A stretch of 64,000 bases of DNA from NCBI RefSeq assembly GCF_004010195.1, contig NC_057719.1, positions 72,131,335-72,195,334 of the forward strand, given 5' to 3'. Numbering within the stretch: position 1 is the stretch's first letter; each line of letters begins with the position of its first letter. Of the stretch, positions 24,765-38,357 are shown in pieces. The notes below the pieces were generated by a model that had not been told where the DNA came from, searched no databases, and saw nothing but the letters and a program-made list of their open reading frames with translations. A program made the translations under genes and the position numbers. This DNA is from Chiloscyllium plagiosum (lineage: Eukaryota).

Positions 24765-26280
24765 CACATACTTCCAATAGTGTGGTGATCAGATCTGTAA
24801 ATAGTGTTCCATCTGTAGCTTAACTAATTGCTTTATAAAGTTGTGACAAGACTTCTCTGCTCTTATACTCTACATCCCCTCTGAGCTGACACCTTCAAGG
24901 ATCTATAGATTTGTACACCACAATCCTTTGTTGCTCAGTATTTCCTAGGAACCCACTATTCATTGTGTAAGTCCTCTATTTGACCTCCCAAAATGCAATC
25001 ACCTCACATTTATCAGGGCTTATTTCCATCTGCCATTGCTCTGCATAATTTAACAGCTGATCAATATCAGACTGTAGTTTGAGACCATTCTCCCTGCTAT
25101 CACCGGCACTGCCAATTTTCATGTCAACTACAAACTTTTCAATTATATGTTCTATATTCAAAAGTTGTTAATGTACATAAACTGCAAGGGTCTCATCAAC
25201 ACTCCCTGTGGTACACCACTAGCCACAGGCTTCCTTTTGCAAATCAATTCTCCACCATCTCCCCTCCTTTGTTTCCTATTTATAAGCCAGTTTGCCAACT
25301 TGCCTTGGATCCCATGGGCTCTTACCTTTTGGACCAGCCTTCCATGTGGGGCCTTGTCAAAGGCATTCCTGAAGTCCATGTAAATCACACCAATTGTGCT
25401 ACCATCATCAATATATTGAGTCACATTTTCAAAAACCTTAAACAAACTAGCCAGGCAGGATCTCCCTTCAACAAATCCGTGCTGAATATCCCTGCCTTTC
25501 CAAATGTTGATTTAATCCTGTCCCCCAGAATTTGTTCCAATAATTTCCCAACCACCGGGATGTCAGACTAACTGGTCTGTGGTTAATTGGCCTATCCCTG
25601 CTGCTCCTCTTGAACGAAGGGGCCACATTAGCTATTCATCAGTCATTTGACACTTGTGGCCAGCGAAGTATTGAGTATCTCTATCGGCAGTGTCCTCCCT
25701 TGCCTCCCATAGCAGTCCAGGATATATCTCATCAGTCCATAGTTGTATGCACTTTTATGCCTGCTAAGACATCTGATACCTCTTCCTTATTAACCTTAAC
25801 ATGCCCGTGAATCTCACCATCCCAGGTGAAACTCTCCTTTGTGAATATAGATAAGAAATATTAATTTGAGAGCACACCATGTCCTCTGGCTCCACACACA
25901 GATTTCCTCCTAGGTGTATAATAGGCACCACTCTTTTCCTGGTAATCCTCTTGTTCTTAATATACTTCTAAAAATGCTGTAGGATTTTCATTAATCCTCT
26001 CTGCCAAAGATATTTTGTGGTCCTTCCTTGCCTTCCTAATTTCTTCTCTGAACACTGATACTCCTGGAGGGCATGTCCTGTTTTTAATGCTCTATACCTA
26101 ACATATTTCCTTCCTTTTATCAAATTTTTGATATCCCTTCACATCCAGGGTTCCCTGGACTTGCTGCCTTTGCCCTTCACTCTTTCAGGAATGCACTGGC
26201 CTTGAACTCTCACTGCTGCTGCTTTCAAAAGACTCCTATTTTCCAAATGTAGATTTACCAACAGGTAGTTGCTGCCAGTC
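24765..26280 (-). mobile_element. CR1 RT region, decayed
   Basis: ORFs VIYMDFRNAFDKAPHGRL, SGVPQG, LQSDIDQL..WQME. Confidence 0.9.
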
Positions 26281-26920
26281 TCCTCCCATATCCTTGGCCT
26301 CGTGGGTGGTGAGTTTCATGTTATCATCGCTCATTTCTTAAAAGAAAAAGCAGTTCTTTCTCACATTCCTGTATCTCTTGCCCAGGATCTTTAAATCTAT
26401 GTCCACTGGCCCTTGTGCAAGCAGCCACTGGGTGGATTTTCCTTTTCAATCGTATTTGCTTATCATAATCTTGTATATGTCTATCAAATCTCCTTTGCTC
26501 CAAGATAAGCAGCCATAGCCTTTCCAACCTAATCTTGTATCAAAAGCTCATTCATCCCCCAAATAAACAATTCAGGTAAATCTTCCCTGCATCTTTTCAC
26601 TGAGCCACACCTTTCTGAAATGTGGTAGCTGGAACTGTATGCACTTGGCACCTGACCAAAAGTCTGCAATGTTTCAACAAAATATCCCTGCGTTTGTATT
26701 CTATGCCTCTATTTATGAAGACCAAGATTCTCTGTGCTTTGCTTTCTCAATATATCCTGTTACGATGTTACTCTTGCTGAATGTTTTTGAGGATTCATTG
26801 CCTTAGCAGTGTCCAAAATGCAAATCTGATTAGCAAGATTGACTTAAAACTCCCTGCACTTCCTGTCTGGTTGTCTTAGATTGCTTGTGCTCATCTTGTT
26901 TGCCTGCATGCCTCTAACAG

Positions 26921-27005
26921 AAGTCACACAACACCAGGTTATAGTCTAACAGGTTTATTTGAAATCCCAAGCTTTTGGAGCGCTGCTCCTTCGTCAGATG
27001 AAGTT
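26921..27005 (-). mobile_element. PLE family C pLTR fragment with hammerhead-like motif
   Basis: Reverse complement CTGACGA-AGGAGC-AGC-GCTCC-AAAA-GC-TT (26969-26997; GAAA mutated to AAAA). Confidence 0.6.
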
Positions 27006-29814
27006 CAGGCTTTACAAGATCTGGTTATAGATTTTTTTTTTTTGGTGCAACACTAAGGTCAGAGAATCATTTTGGCTCTATACCTAGTGCTAAGCATAGT
27101 TCCATACAGAGAAATATAAATATAGATACATCTTGGAGAATGCCAGCAAAGAAGTCAAAATTGGGAATGCTTTTCTTGAGAAGGTTCAGAGGAGATTTAA
27201 TAAAGGTTTTCGAAATCATGAGGGACCTGATAAAGTGACGGAAAAGAATGGTTATGGTGGTGAAAGGAAAGAGAGCAAGTGGACACAGATTTAAGTTAGT
27301 TGGCAAGAGGCAATCGTGGCATGCGGAAAAGTTTTTTTTTAATGCAGTGAGCAGTTAGGATCTGGATCATATTGTCTTTGAGTGGTGGAGGTAGGTTTAA
27401 TCCTGGAATTGGTAAGGAATTATTATTTCGAGAAAGAATGTAGATGGCTATTGAAGACAAAAGAGTGGCACCAGGTAAATTGCTCATACAGAGAGTCAGC
27501 ATAAGCAGTAATAAATGGTGTCTCTGTGTTGTAACAAATCTGTCCTATTTCCAGGCATTGACATTCTCCATAAAATGTGATGTCTAGAATTGTATTTGAC
27601 CATAATTCTTGTTTTTTGCCTGGGACATGAATAATTGACTTTTTAGTGCTTGTGGTATGAGAAAGAAGCAATCATGGCTGCATATAAAGCTCAATTGTAT
27701 TGTTCTTTCCATCTCCAAAGTTTATTTGTGTGCTTGGTGGAAGCTGCTGCATTTTCTACAGGTTCCCTTAAGAATTTTGAAACTTCTCTATCACTAGTTA
27801 AATCAGTCCTTCCTCTGGTGGGATGACCAGAACTGGGCACAGTACTCCAGTTGGGATCTAACTAGAACTTTATCAAGGTTGAGTTAAACCTCTGATTTTA
27901 TGTTCAGTGCCTCTACTTATGAAACCCAAAGTCTGTCACATAATTGCTCACCATACTTTCTCAATGTACCTTGCCACTTTCAAAAATGGAAGCACATACA
28001 TACCCAAATCTCTCTGCACTGTTTAGAGTGCTGCCATCTAACTCTGTGTACTCCTTCTGCCAAAAAATATATATCTCTAAATTATTCCACGCGCCACTTG
28101 CTCTTTCTGCAAGTCTACAGGTAGTATTGTAAGCAACTCTCACCCTCACTATTTGCCACTTCTCCAATGTTAATGTAAAAGATAAGTTGGGGAATTTTGC
28201 CTGGCAATAACTCTGAAAAGGTCAGGGATCTTGTATAAATTCAAGACTCCACAGTCACGATCAACAACATATCCCTCCATTCAATTCAGACATTTTTTGG
28301 CATCTTGGGAGTATCCTTTAGATTGGGTGACAAAGTCGCCATTACCTCACAAAAGCAAGCTCAGCATTTGGTAGACTTGCTCAAACTTTTGGAAAAAGGA
28401 TGGAATTTGCCTCCAGAACAAAAGTCACTTGCATCACTTTTTTTTTAATGGGTGCATGACTTGGACAAATATGTCATCCATAAAGCAGTAGAAGTGTTCT
28501 ATCTTTGCTAACTTTGCAACATTAAGCGTTAGTACAAAAATACCTAGCATTGAGATTCTTACCAGTGTGTTACACTTTGACCCAGCACACTTACTGCAAT
28601 CATTTGATTAGCATGTCACATATAGGTTACCAAGGTGGTACTGTACAACCGGTGTCAATTTTCTTTTATTGAGGGTTCTTTGAGATTTCTCGATCATCTT
28701 TTTTTTGATTTTTGGGTTTTTTTTATTTTCAGATTTACTTTGCATTCTCTCTGTCTGCTTTGTTATGTCAGGTATAGTCACTATTTGTCATTACCTTTTG
28801 TACTTATTTTGATGTATGTGGTAGTTAGACTCTCAATATAGCCAAAACATAAGGAAAGGGTAAGTTTCCCAGGTGTTACACAATTTAAGTTGGTATAATA
28901 CGACTGCCATAAGTTACCAACAAATTTTTTTTCCAATAATTGACCCTTGGTTTAAAAACAAATATAATTTGCAAGAAATTAATTATTTGCAATTTGTTTT
29001 CCTGAATAACAGCTAGATATTGTTTTATTGATAGACTCCCTTTGCCAGCCTCTCTCCATCTTCCTGCCTCCTTTTGTTGCCACTGGCATCTCCAGCCCTT
29101 CCTCTTTGCAGTCTCCTCTCACTCTTTTTTACTTCTTGTCTATGCAGCACTCCCACCCAAATTCCTTTGCAACCCCTTACATTGCTCCCTGACTCCTCCA
29201 CACCCTCCCGCCTTCCCCTCAGCAGCTGCTCAGTGCTGCCCACCTGAGCCATCTGCTTCTACTGTCCTTTTCTCATCTGGTGTCACCTGGCCAGTTGTCT
29301 TCTCCCTCTGGTCTTGCCTGGCAAACTTGCGTTTCCCTGACCATGGCCACCTTGTTCAAACACCACTACTCGCCTTCTAACTGCTTCTCCAATCACTGGA
29401 TATTTCCTTCTGCACTTATTGCAAAATGAGCAGCAAACATGGGGAGAAGGAGCCCATTTTTGGGTTAACACCTTCCAAAACTTCAATTCTACGTGTAAAC
29501 ATTTACTGATTGCTCACTCCATGATTCATTTCTCCTAGGTGACTTGGCCCCTTTCCAAAATGAATGCTCTACAGTCAACTGAGCATGGAAAAACAGAGCA
29601 AAGGGCATCCCAATTTGGGTGTAAAGACAATCTGCAAGTTAACCTGAGCCTGCAGGTGGTGTCCCAATCCAAGGAAATAATATCACTATTTTGGAAAACT
29701 TAAATCAACATGTATAAATGTTCCTGCTATCCTATCCAGTAGAAATATTCAACTCCAAAGGAGCTAATATAATTATTGTAATTTATTTAACTACAGCTAA
29801 ACTAAGAAACTGTC

Positions 29815-30035
29815 ATGAAAAACAGAAATTGTTGGAGAAATTCAGCAGGTCTGGCCATCTCTCTGGAGAGAAAGCAGTGTAAATGTTTCAGGTCAAGCCC
29901 TTCTGAAGAAGGGTCACTGGACCCGAATGTTAATTTTGTTTTCTCGCCACAGAAGCTGCCAGACCTGTTGAGCTTTTCCAGCAATTTCTGTTTTTGTTTC
30001 AGATTTCCAGCATCTGCAGTTTTGTTTCATTTTGG
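29815..30035. mobile_element. Fold-back PLE-type mini-insert (older, A-related family)
   Basis: Inverted arms AAAAACAGAAATTGTTGGA / TCCAGCAATTTCTGTTTTT; TSD TAAGAAACTGTC at 29803-29814 and 30036-30047; CTGAAGA-AGGGTC-ACTG-GACCC-GAA at 29903. Confidence 0.8.
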
Positions 30036-30238
30036 TAAGAAACTGTCGTACTTACTGCTACATCACTGCAAAGTATTAAAGTTATTTGCTTGAAAAGACA
30101 ATAGCTAACTGGCAGTTGTAATGAGAAGCTGACCTTTCAAGACAACCTAACTAATATTTAATTTTGCTTTTTGTTTTCTCTTACAAAGTAATAATGCAGT
30201 TATGTAATTTTGGTGTGTATTTTGACATTTTCGTATAG

Positions 30239-30340
30239 ATTATGTCAAGTGGCTTGTATCAACGTGGGGAAGAAAATGAAGGAATTTATGGGTTCCTAGC
30301 AGCTGATATCAAAAAGGAGATGAAGAGAGCTTCAAGAATC
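30239..30340 (+). CDS. G2E3: G2E3 exon ([34 protein letters not shown])
   Basis: TAG|..|GTATGT, 102 nt, phase 0/0. Confidence 0.95.
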
Positions 30341-31024
30341 GTATGTCAAATATTCTTATGAACTTGAGCTTCTTCCTTGTTGCTCAGTTTTCATTATGTG
30401 AAATATTTGCTCTGTGATTTGGTAGAGGTTTTCATAGTTGATGTACCATGCTTGACACCATCGAATCCTAATATAAACTGTACCTCGGTCTCAATGTTGG
30501 GAGTTTTTTTATTTATTCTATTTGCAAATAGGTCAGTTTAGTTGATCTGTCAGACAAATTGCTCATTGACTAACATTTGCTGACTCGTTTTATGCTATGC
30601 TTTGTTTTCAATATTCTCTAATTCGAATCTTCACTAACCGTTTAACAAGTCAGTGCAAACTTAAGCTAGCATAGAATTTTTCCAAAATCTGAAAATGGAG
30701 GTAGATATATTTCTTTTTCTGTCAGATTACATTGCATAGTTTCAAAAATTGGAACGTTATTCTTTTGCTTCAAGACTTGTACGCACATTGATTAATTTAA
30801 ACCCAATTCCGTCACTTACAGTTCATATAAAGTAATGGAATTAAGAATTACATCAAATAATTAAAACAGAGTCAGCATGACTTTGGTGAGGGGTGGGGGA
30901 GGTGCGGATTGGAAATCATACCTGAATAGTTTGCTAGAATTCTTTGGAGGAAGTGGCAAGCAGGATAGATAAAGAGAACCATTCAATGTAATATATTTTG
31001 CTAAGCTACTATTTATGATCCAAA

Positions 31025-31290
31025 CGAGAGGGGATAGGTTTAAGTTGAGAGGGAAATAATTTAAAAGGGACCTAAGGGGCAACATTTTCATGAGGGTGGT
31101 GTGTGTATGGAATGAGCTGCCAGAGGAAGTGATGTAGGTTGGTACAATTACAACATTTAAAAGACACCTGGATGGGTATATGAATAGGAAGGGTTTAGAG
31201 GGATATGGGCCAAATGTTGGCAAATGGGGCTAAATTTATTTAGGATGTCTGGTTGGCTTGGATGAGTTGGACTATAGGTAGAGCATGGAG
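31025..31290 (+). mobile_element. CR1 3' fragment
   Basis: Matches 2895-3180. Confidence 0.8.
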
Positions 31291-31688
31291 ACAGATATCT
31301 CTATGACTCAATGAGCGTAAAATTTTACGCACTTTGATATAATTGAGCTATTGTGCTGATAGGCTACTTATACTAACAAGTGTTGCTTAAATTTTGGACA
31401 GCAATGTTTGGGAGCATGTTCGGGATGAAAATTCGAGGATTTGTCCCGAGCAGTTGCATTTATGTTGAAGACAATGGGGTTTTGAAAAAAACCAAAAGCT
31501 GCAAGATATCAATGTAATAGAAGGAAGTATGAGTGTAAGTGGTTACAGAGCTGGAGGGACAGGTTTTTTTCTGCAGTGAATGAGATGGAAGAAGTTAGAA
31601 CATGTGGATAGTGAGGGACACAAGGTAACTGTTCTATAACTACACTGCCAAAGTAGACCAACAAAGGGATGCTGGAGTGAAAGATATA

Positions 31689-31863
31689 CAGAGGAACCTT
31701 GATTATCCGGCATTCAATTATCTGAATTTTGGATTATCCAATTAAATCGCAAGACACAGGTGCTTGGCTAAATGATGTTATCCGGCTTTCGATTATCCAA
31801 ACATTCGATTATCTGAACAAAATACCCTCTGCCCATGTTGTTCAGATAATCAAGGTTCCTCTG
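31689..31863. mobile_element. pogo/Tigger-like MITE related to 14377-14550
   Basis: TIR CAGAGGAACCTTGATTATC, TA flanks, internal ATTATC repeats. Confidence 0.9.
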
Positions 31864-33029
31864 TAGGTATGTCTAAAGCTTTTCTTTTGTGAGTGAGGCA
31901 TGATGGAAGTGTAATATAAATGCACATTATTTCTGGCTGTTAGATGTTATGTAAGGATGCAAGATTTCAACAAATCAGTGAATTAAGAGTAAGGAAACAA
32001 GGGAAGATTGGGTAATTCCTTTTGGTGCAGGTGACGAGAGAAGAATGGACTGTGATATTTTGACAAATGAGAGGAGCACACCACATGAAGATTTTAAAGG
32101 GGAGAGGAGCAATGAAACATTGTAAAGTACACAGGGAGAAAACTAGGAGAAGAGACTAGATTGTATCATGGTAACGTTAAAGGATCAAACAACCGCTGAT
32201 AGGGGATACCAATAGCAGCATTAGTAGGCTTTGCAAGTGGCAAGGTGTCACCACCAAATGTTACGAATAGCAGAATGAAATAAGGATTACAGTTACAGTT
32301 TTTTCCCAATTCATAGATTGCATTATGTTTGTTTCTGTTCAGTTTTTTTACAAGTTCATTATCTTGGTTTCGTCTTTACAATATATTCATTGATTCCATC
32401 CCCGAATCCTACCAGCAAGTCCCTTCGGTCACTTTGATAACATTTATACAGGTCTGGTCCTGCCCAGCTCACCTGCAGCCAGACCTAATATCCAACAGTT
32501 TAGCACCTTCGTGCTTGACTGTTTCGAAAGGCTCACAGCTGGCCCCATTCATCCTCCACAGACTTCATCTCTTCAAAAGCTTCATGTATACCCTATCCTC
32601 CACTATGTCCTTTTTTTTGCATTCCTCATTTTCCTTCATTGACATATGATCCTCCAGAGTTTCAACTTCAAATTAGTACTTTATTTATGGATAGGCTGAT
32701 TTGGAGATTTAATTGAGGTGCACTAAGTTACATAGGCTCCCTATGTACTAGAAAACAAGGAATGCTTTTCCTTGGCAAAGAAAATGGCTAACCGGGTGAC
32801 AGAAATAATTTGCAGAAGTATTAGAGATAAATAAAGACTTTCCACCCTGGGTGGCGTTGGGACCTGCAACTTGCTGCCTGAAATGGAAGCTGGTAGAGGC
32901 AGAAATTCGACAATTGGATATATGCTCGATGTGCTGTAAGCTTTTAAGCTACAGATTGACCTGTATGTGGTATCAAACTGGTTTAGCTCTTTTAGCTGTC
33001 TTCTGAAATTTATTTGATTCCATTTCTGC

Positions 33030-33445
33030 TGCTTCCAGTTGCCAGTTCCAGTTGTTTGTGGTAGTGGCTGTTATATTGGATCTTAGTCAATGTGGTTGTT
33101 GATGGGGGTCTGTGGATGAGTGCCATACCCCTAGAAGTCCTCTGGCTGTCCTCTGCTTAACTTGAATCTTTAGCAAGAATCCATGTAAATACTATACGAA
33201 ACACTATATATGACAAACAGGCAGACAATTAGCAATCTGCATCCACAGACTACTAGCCACTAAACATCACGACCAGCTGACCCTAGTAGCCATCCATACT
33301 GATTCAACTGAGGCAACACATTAATCATAGGACAAGCTAAACAGAGGAGAGTCAGAGAATTTCTAGAGGGATGGCACTCATCCAAGGGCTCAATTAAGAA
33401 ACACATAGACCTAGACCATATATACCGGTCACTGCAATGAACAAC
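33030..33445. mobile_element. Old fold-back PLE family B fragment
   Basis: Minus-strand (33030-33165) and plus-strand (33175-33445) decayed GIY-YIG 3' sequence similar to 7130-7730. Confidence 0.7.
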
Positions 33446-33753
33446 CAGAGCAAACAATCTCGGCAAACATACCCACAACCATATCACACTTTACATCCAA
33501 TTTTAAATATGTTTTTGTTACTTGTAAGGAATTTAATAAAAATTAGCTGCACTATCTTTAATAAATATTTGCTTTGCTTTGTGAATTGTGAGCATGTGTT
33601 TAAACCACAGTGTTTGTGGTATTCTATTTTGAACAAATATTCATAATTTCAATGGACTGTTAACCTGAAGGGAAATTCATAATTTTTGTAAAGCTTGCAA
33701 AATGTTTGGTTTTTCAAACAGTACAGTAAATGCTTAATATTCAAATTTTATAG

Positions 33754-33878
33754 AGGTGTCGAGTGTGCAGGAAATGTGGTGCGTCAATAGGCTGTGCAGT
33801 TACGAAATGTCCAAGGAGCTATCATTTTCCTTGTGGTGTGGAGAAACAGTGTATTTTCCAGTTTACTGGAGAGTTTGC
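33754..33878 (+). CDS. G2E3: G2E3 exon ([42 protein letters not shown]), extended PHD
   Basis: TAG|..|GTAAGT, 125 nt, phase 0/2. Confidence 0.95.
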
Positions 33879-36800
33879 GTAAGTTCTCAACGTATTTACT
33901 AAAGAATGTTAAAAGTCTTTTGTTTATTCAATACCATTCTCTTTTTCCTCTCGCCCATTAGATCAAACTTCACGGAGGTTTCTCCCTATTAATCATGCTG
34001 AATTCTCTTTTCTACAGTCTCTACTGCTGTCTGTTATACTTTCTCCAAACTCTTCTCACCCAGGACACTCACCTTTTGCTCCCTCAATCTGTTTTCCCTC
34101 CAGACCACTGATGACATCATTCCATTCCTGGTCACCATTTTTGCTAATGGATCTCTAACCTTGGGTTCTATCTCCCTTCCCTTAAAATGTCACCCCCTTA
34201 ATCCTTGCAAACCACTCATGCACCTTCACCACCTTTTTTTTTCCTTCAAAAGTCATTGAATATTTTGCCAGTTTGCAAATCTGTGCCTACCTTTCCCACA
34301 ATTCTGCTTGAAATCCTCCATTGTATTACAAGACCTTTATCGATGTTATTGTGGCATTCTATGTGACCGACTATGGAAAACTATCCCTCTTTATCAACCT
34401 GTCTGTAGCCAAGCCGTCCTCTTCCCATGCTTTCCTTGTGTTGTCAAGCTGAATGAAATTACTCTTGCCTGGCTCCATTTCCTTTTATATCTAGCTGTAG
34501 CCAGGAAACTATCTGCAACGGCTTCTCTTCCTGCTTCTTGGTAATCGACTATTTGTCTTCTACGTGATGTTCCTCAATGATGACAGATGAAAACACATCA
34601 AATTCCACATGTTGACAACACCCAGATGTAACACTCAATCATCTTTTCCAACCACATTATCCGAAATCCAGAGTTAAAATTCTTCCAACCAAATACTATG
34701 AACGCCAAAGACATCTTTGAAATTAAGAGACTTGGTAGCACTTTTATTTTTGATAACACAGCTGTCAAATGTATTGCATTTCAGTGTGTTAAATGTGCTG
34801 CATATGCACATTGTTCCCAAATTAGACACCCAAACAGGTAAGCAGCTCTCTTTTGTGTGGGAGAATTTCTAGTTGTGTTTTTCACAAATTGAAATCACCA
34901 ATTGCATCTTGCTGTATGTACAGGACCACTAACCAATAATAAAGTGGGATTTTTTTCTTTCTTTGTTCTCTGACCTTGGGGAACACTGAAATAGCTTCAT
35001 TTATTGCCCATCCTTGGTTGCCTTGAAGATAGAAAAGGGCCCACCTTGAACTGTTGCAGTCCATATTCTGGTGGGCATCTATGTGAGTATTAGGTAGGAA
35101 ATGTTTGGATACTGATTCAGTGGTAGTTTTGTTCCTTGTCGTTCGAACCAGATTTCTGGGCTCATCACTATCATTGTGTTTCTATTCCGAAGTCCAGATT
35201 TAAATGCATCTAAACTACTTCCACCCAAATACTATGAAGGTCATGAAATTATGACGTAGCTTAGTAGCGCTTATTTTTGATAACATTCCTATCAAATTTA
35301 TTGCATATCTGCTATATTGAATATATTGCATACATAAGTTGCTACCCAAATTAGGCACCCAAACAATCACTCTATTTTTGGAACATTGGATTTTATATTA
35401 TATCATTAGTCTAAGTTAAGAGTTTGGAAGCTTTCTTCTCAATTGAAAAGTTGTCATTTCCCCCTTTGAATATTGCTTTCATATGTATTGTGGATGAATA
35501 AACTTCCCAGCACTTAGGTGAATCCCGTAGTGAATGACCTGTGTATGATTTGCTTAATTTAAGAAACTGCCAATAAATGTCTCAAATGAATACTTAACTA
35601 ATATGACTCTGTATAAAGTTGTAAACTGTTAAAAATGTCACTTTCCTTGAATGGATTATTCCCTGTGTTTGTGTCGAGTCAAAGAGCTGTGCAGTGTGGA
35701 AACAGATCCTTCAATCCAAATCATCCATGCTTATACACTCCTGGCACAGTTGGGCCTTGAGACCAAGCCTTCTGCACAGTGGTAGAGTCATTATTACTGC
35801 ACCTCAACAAAACGTTCTACAACACACCCAATCTGTCCTTCAATTGACATTCATTCAATATCTCTGTTTATTAATGCACAGACTAATTTTATTCCTGTAG
35901 TTTTCTGTTGTCTCTAATGCATTCTTTTTTAAGTGTCAAGATTCCTTAGCTCCATCATTTATTTATCTCTCCGATTGCAAGCTCGGCATCACCTAATCTT
36001 CTGCTGATTTACTTCAATTCCTTTTTTTAAATTTGATGATGCCTTTGTTTATTTTTGTTTAATGCTTGCCCAAAGTGTCTGATTATAAGGCTATTATATC
36101 AGTGAGGAAGGAATAGCTATTCTTGTTGATATTGCAATATACATGTCACTTGATGAGATGGAACTACTTCAGAATGTACTTGATGAAACTATTGCCTTGA
36201 AAGTTGGTGACTGTTAACCTATTTGATATGTAAACAGTTTGGTCTTGTGGCATTGGACTTCTCTGTATTCAGTTAATTCTTGATAATATGGCTTAATTGT
36301 TGTTTGTGATTTAGTATGTTAAAATGAAGAACCAGGCAGTTAATTGCCTTGTGATGCAAAGGTGAAAACACATTCAATTTTCAGACTTGATATTTTCTTT
36401 ACACATTCTGTCAACTTGAAAATAAATTGGAGCACTGAAGCAACCCTTTTTACCTACCCAGTTTGAGTTGGTGTTTGCCATCCAAGCAAACAGTAGTCTT
36501 ATTCCCATGTGTTTTCCCTGTTTTAATATTCTTCAATTTATTTTGTCTTCAAGTGTCAATTGAACTTGCTGTTAAATATTGAAGTAATCCATGCCAGTTA
36601 CTGATTTTAATAATGCATGCCATTCCCATCACTTTCTTTGGAAAAAAAGTTTTTTTTTCTCCTTCATTTTATCATCTTGCCTATAGTCTTGTGGTCTGGC
36701 TTCGTTCAATCCTTTTTCACTCCAGCATTGGTGATTTTTAAAATTTTATTCAAGCCCATCCTTTCATATTTTAAGCATCTCTGTCAAATTACCCTTTTAT

Positions 36801-37147
36801 CTGTTGTTCTATCAAATGTTTGTATTTTCTTTTGCAAAGAAGGATCTCCAGGACCCGTGCACTGCTTGCAATTGTGCAAACAGCATTTTTATGTATGAAG
36901 TCCAAAATATATGCAATAATCTGTGATCCTACCAATGTTTTACATTGACTCACTATTAATATTTCAGGTTTTATATAAAAATCATCTTGCTGTCAGCTCA
37001 ATGATTTATTAACTTTCTAGCCGCAGCCACTTGAGTTACTATACGTTGCCATTTGTCACTCTCTGCTAAATTGTAGGAAATTGCTGAATCCCTTTTTCCA
37101 TCCTTGCAAATTTTTAAATTGGTGTTTTTATCCTTTTAACATTCTAG

Positions 37148-37313
37148 ATCTTACTGTTGGGACCACAGACCACAGCAAAAAGTACCCGCTATATGGTCAG
37201 GTAGTACATATACATGTGCTATCTGTTTAGAATCCATTGATCCAATTCCATCATATGAGGTTTTGAAGAGCCCTTGCTGTAAAAACACATGGTTTCACAG
37301 GCAATGTGTGCAG
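37148..37313 (+). CDS. G2E3: G2E3 exon (SYCWDHRPQQK..CAICLESIDPIPSYEVLKSPCCKNTWFHRQCVQ)
   Basis: TAG|..|GTAAGT, 166 nt, phase 2/0. Confidence 0.95.
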
Positions 37314-38357
37314 GTAAGTAGTAAAATATTGAATGAGTTTCAATTTTAGAAATTGTTTTGGTTTTGGTCTTCACTTCAAAAAAATTCCAATATACTTTAC
37401 AGCTTTGAAAGTATTTTTGTTGGTTGATGGTCTCCATTGTAAAATGGGTATGCTTAGAGACCAACAACTAGCAGTATTTTGTAAATTTTCAATTTTACTG
37501 AGTTTCACAAAGCGGTTCTCTCCCTAAGGCCTAGTGAGATTCCTCAGCATATTGCCAAAACTCTCCTTTATTAACTACCTACCATACCCCAATAGTGCCC
37601 TCATCCGATGCTAGCTGGATTCTGTCATATCACCATACTCGAACTTGCCATTGTCGAGATAAACTGGCATCGCTTGACAGGTATGATACAGGACAGGAAT
37701 GTCCTTTTACTCCAGGACTGGCAGAGGACACCAAACCATCACACTCTGCCCTCCTGCTTCAAAGTTACCACTTGGATCATTGCATTCTTGGTCATCTTGA
37801 GGAATGCTGAGCAGTGAAGGAAGAAGGTCAATGGACCTCTCTTGTAACAAAGGTAAATACTATCACTTTGTCACTGCTGCCTCACACTCCAGTCTCTGTA
37901 AATGCAGCTACCTACCAGTAGAGTTTATGCTCCTCTTCTCTCTCTATGATAGTTTCTACAGGAGTAGAGAGTTGAAGTTAAAATTCAATCAGCCATGATC
38001 TTACTGAATGACTCTCAGGGTTGAGTGGCCTACTCCTGTTCCTTGGTTCCTATATTATATGGAACATCCCCTTACACTTGCTCCCATTTTGCAATGCTCT
38101 TTCCTCCTAGACCTTCATGACCTCTGTGCTGCTTACTCACTTGCTTGGGATACATCACCTTTTTCCTTAAAAGCGCCAACACTAGCGGCTGTGTCACCTA
38201 AGTTGATCTGACTTAAACCCACACTTTGTCATTCCAGAGAAAACAATCCAAAATAGGGTAGAAAGAGCTGGTGAGCTGCTTGATATTCAGCTCCGTACCT
38301 CCTCTGAGGAGAGAGACCTGACCTTAATCTCCTGAGTGGCTGATTGTTAGTAAGTTA

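Noticed and set aside
28210..28440. Possible RTE LINE fragment (KASSAFGRL-like)
   Set aside because: Single short motif; boundaries could not be defined.
29025..29486. Possible Harbinger Myb/SANT remnant on the minus strand
   Set aside because: Only a faint EAVRRRVVVF resemblance; too weak to support.
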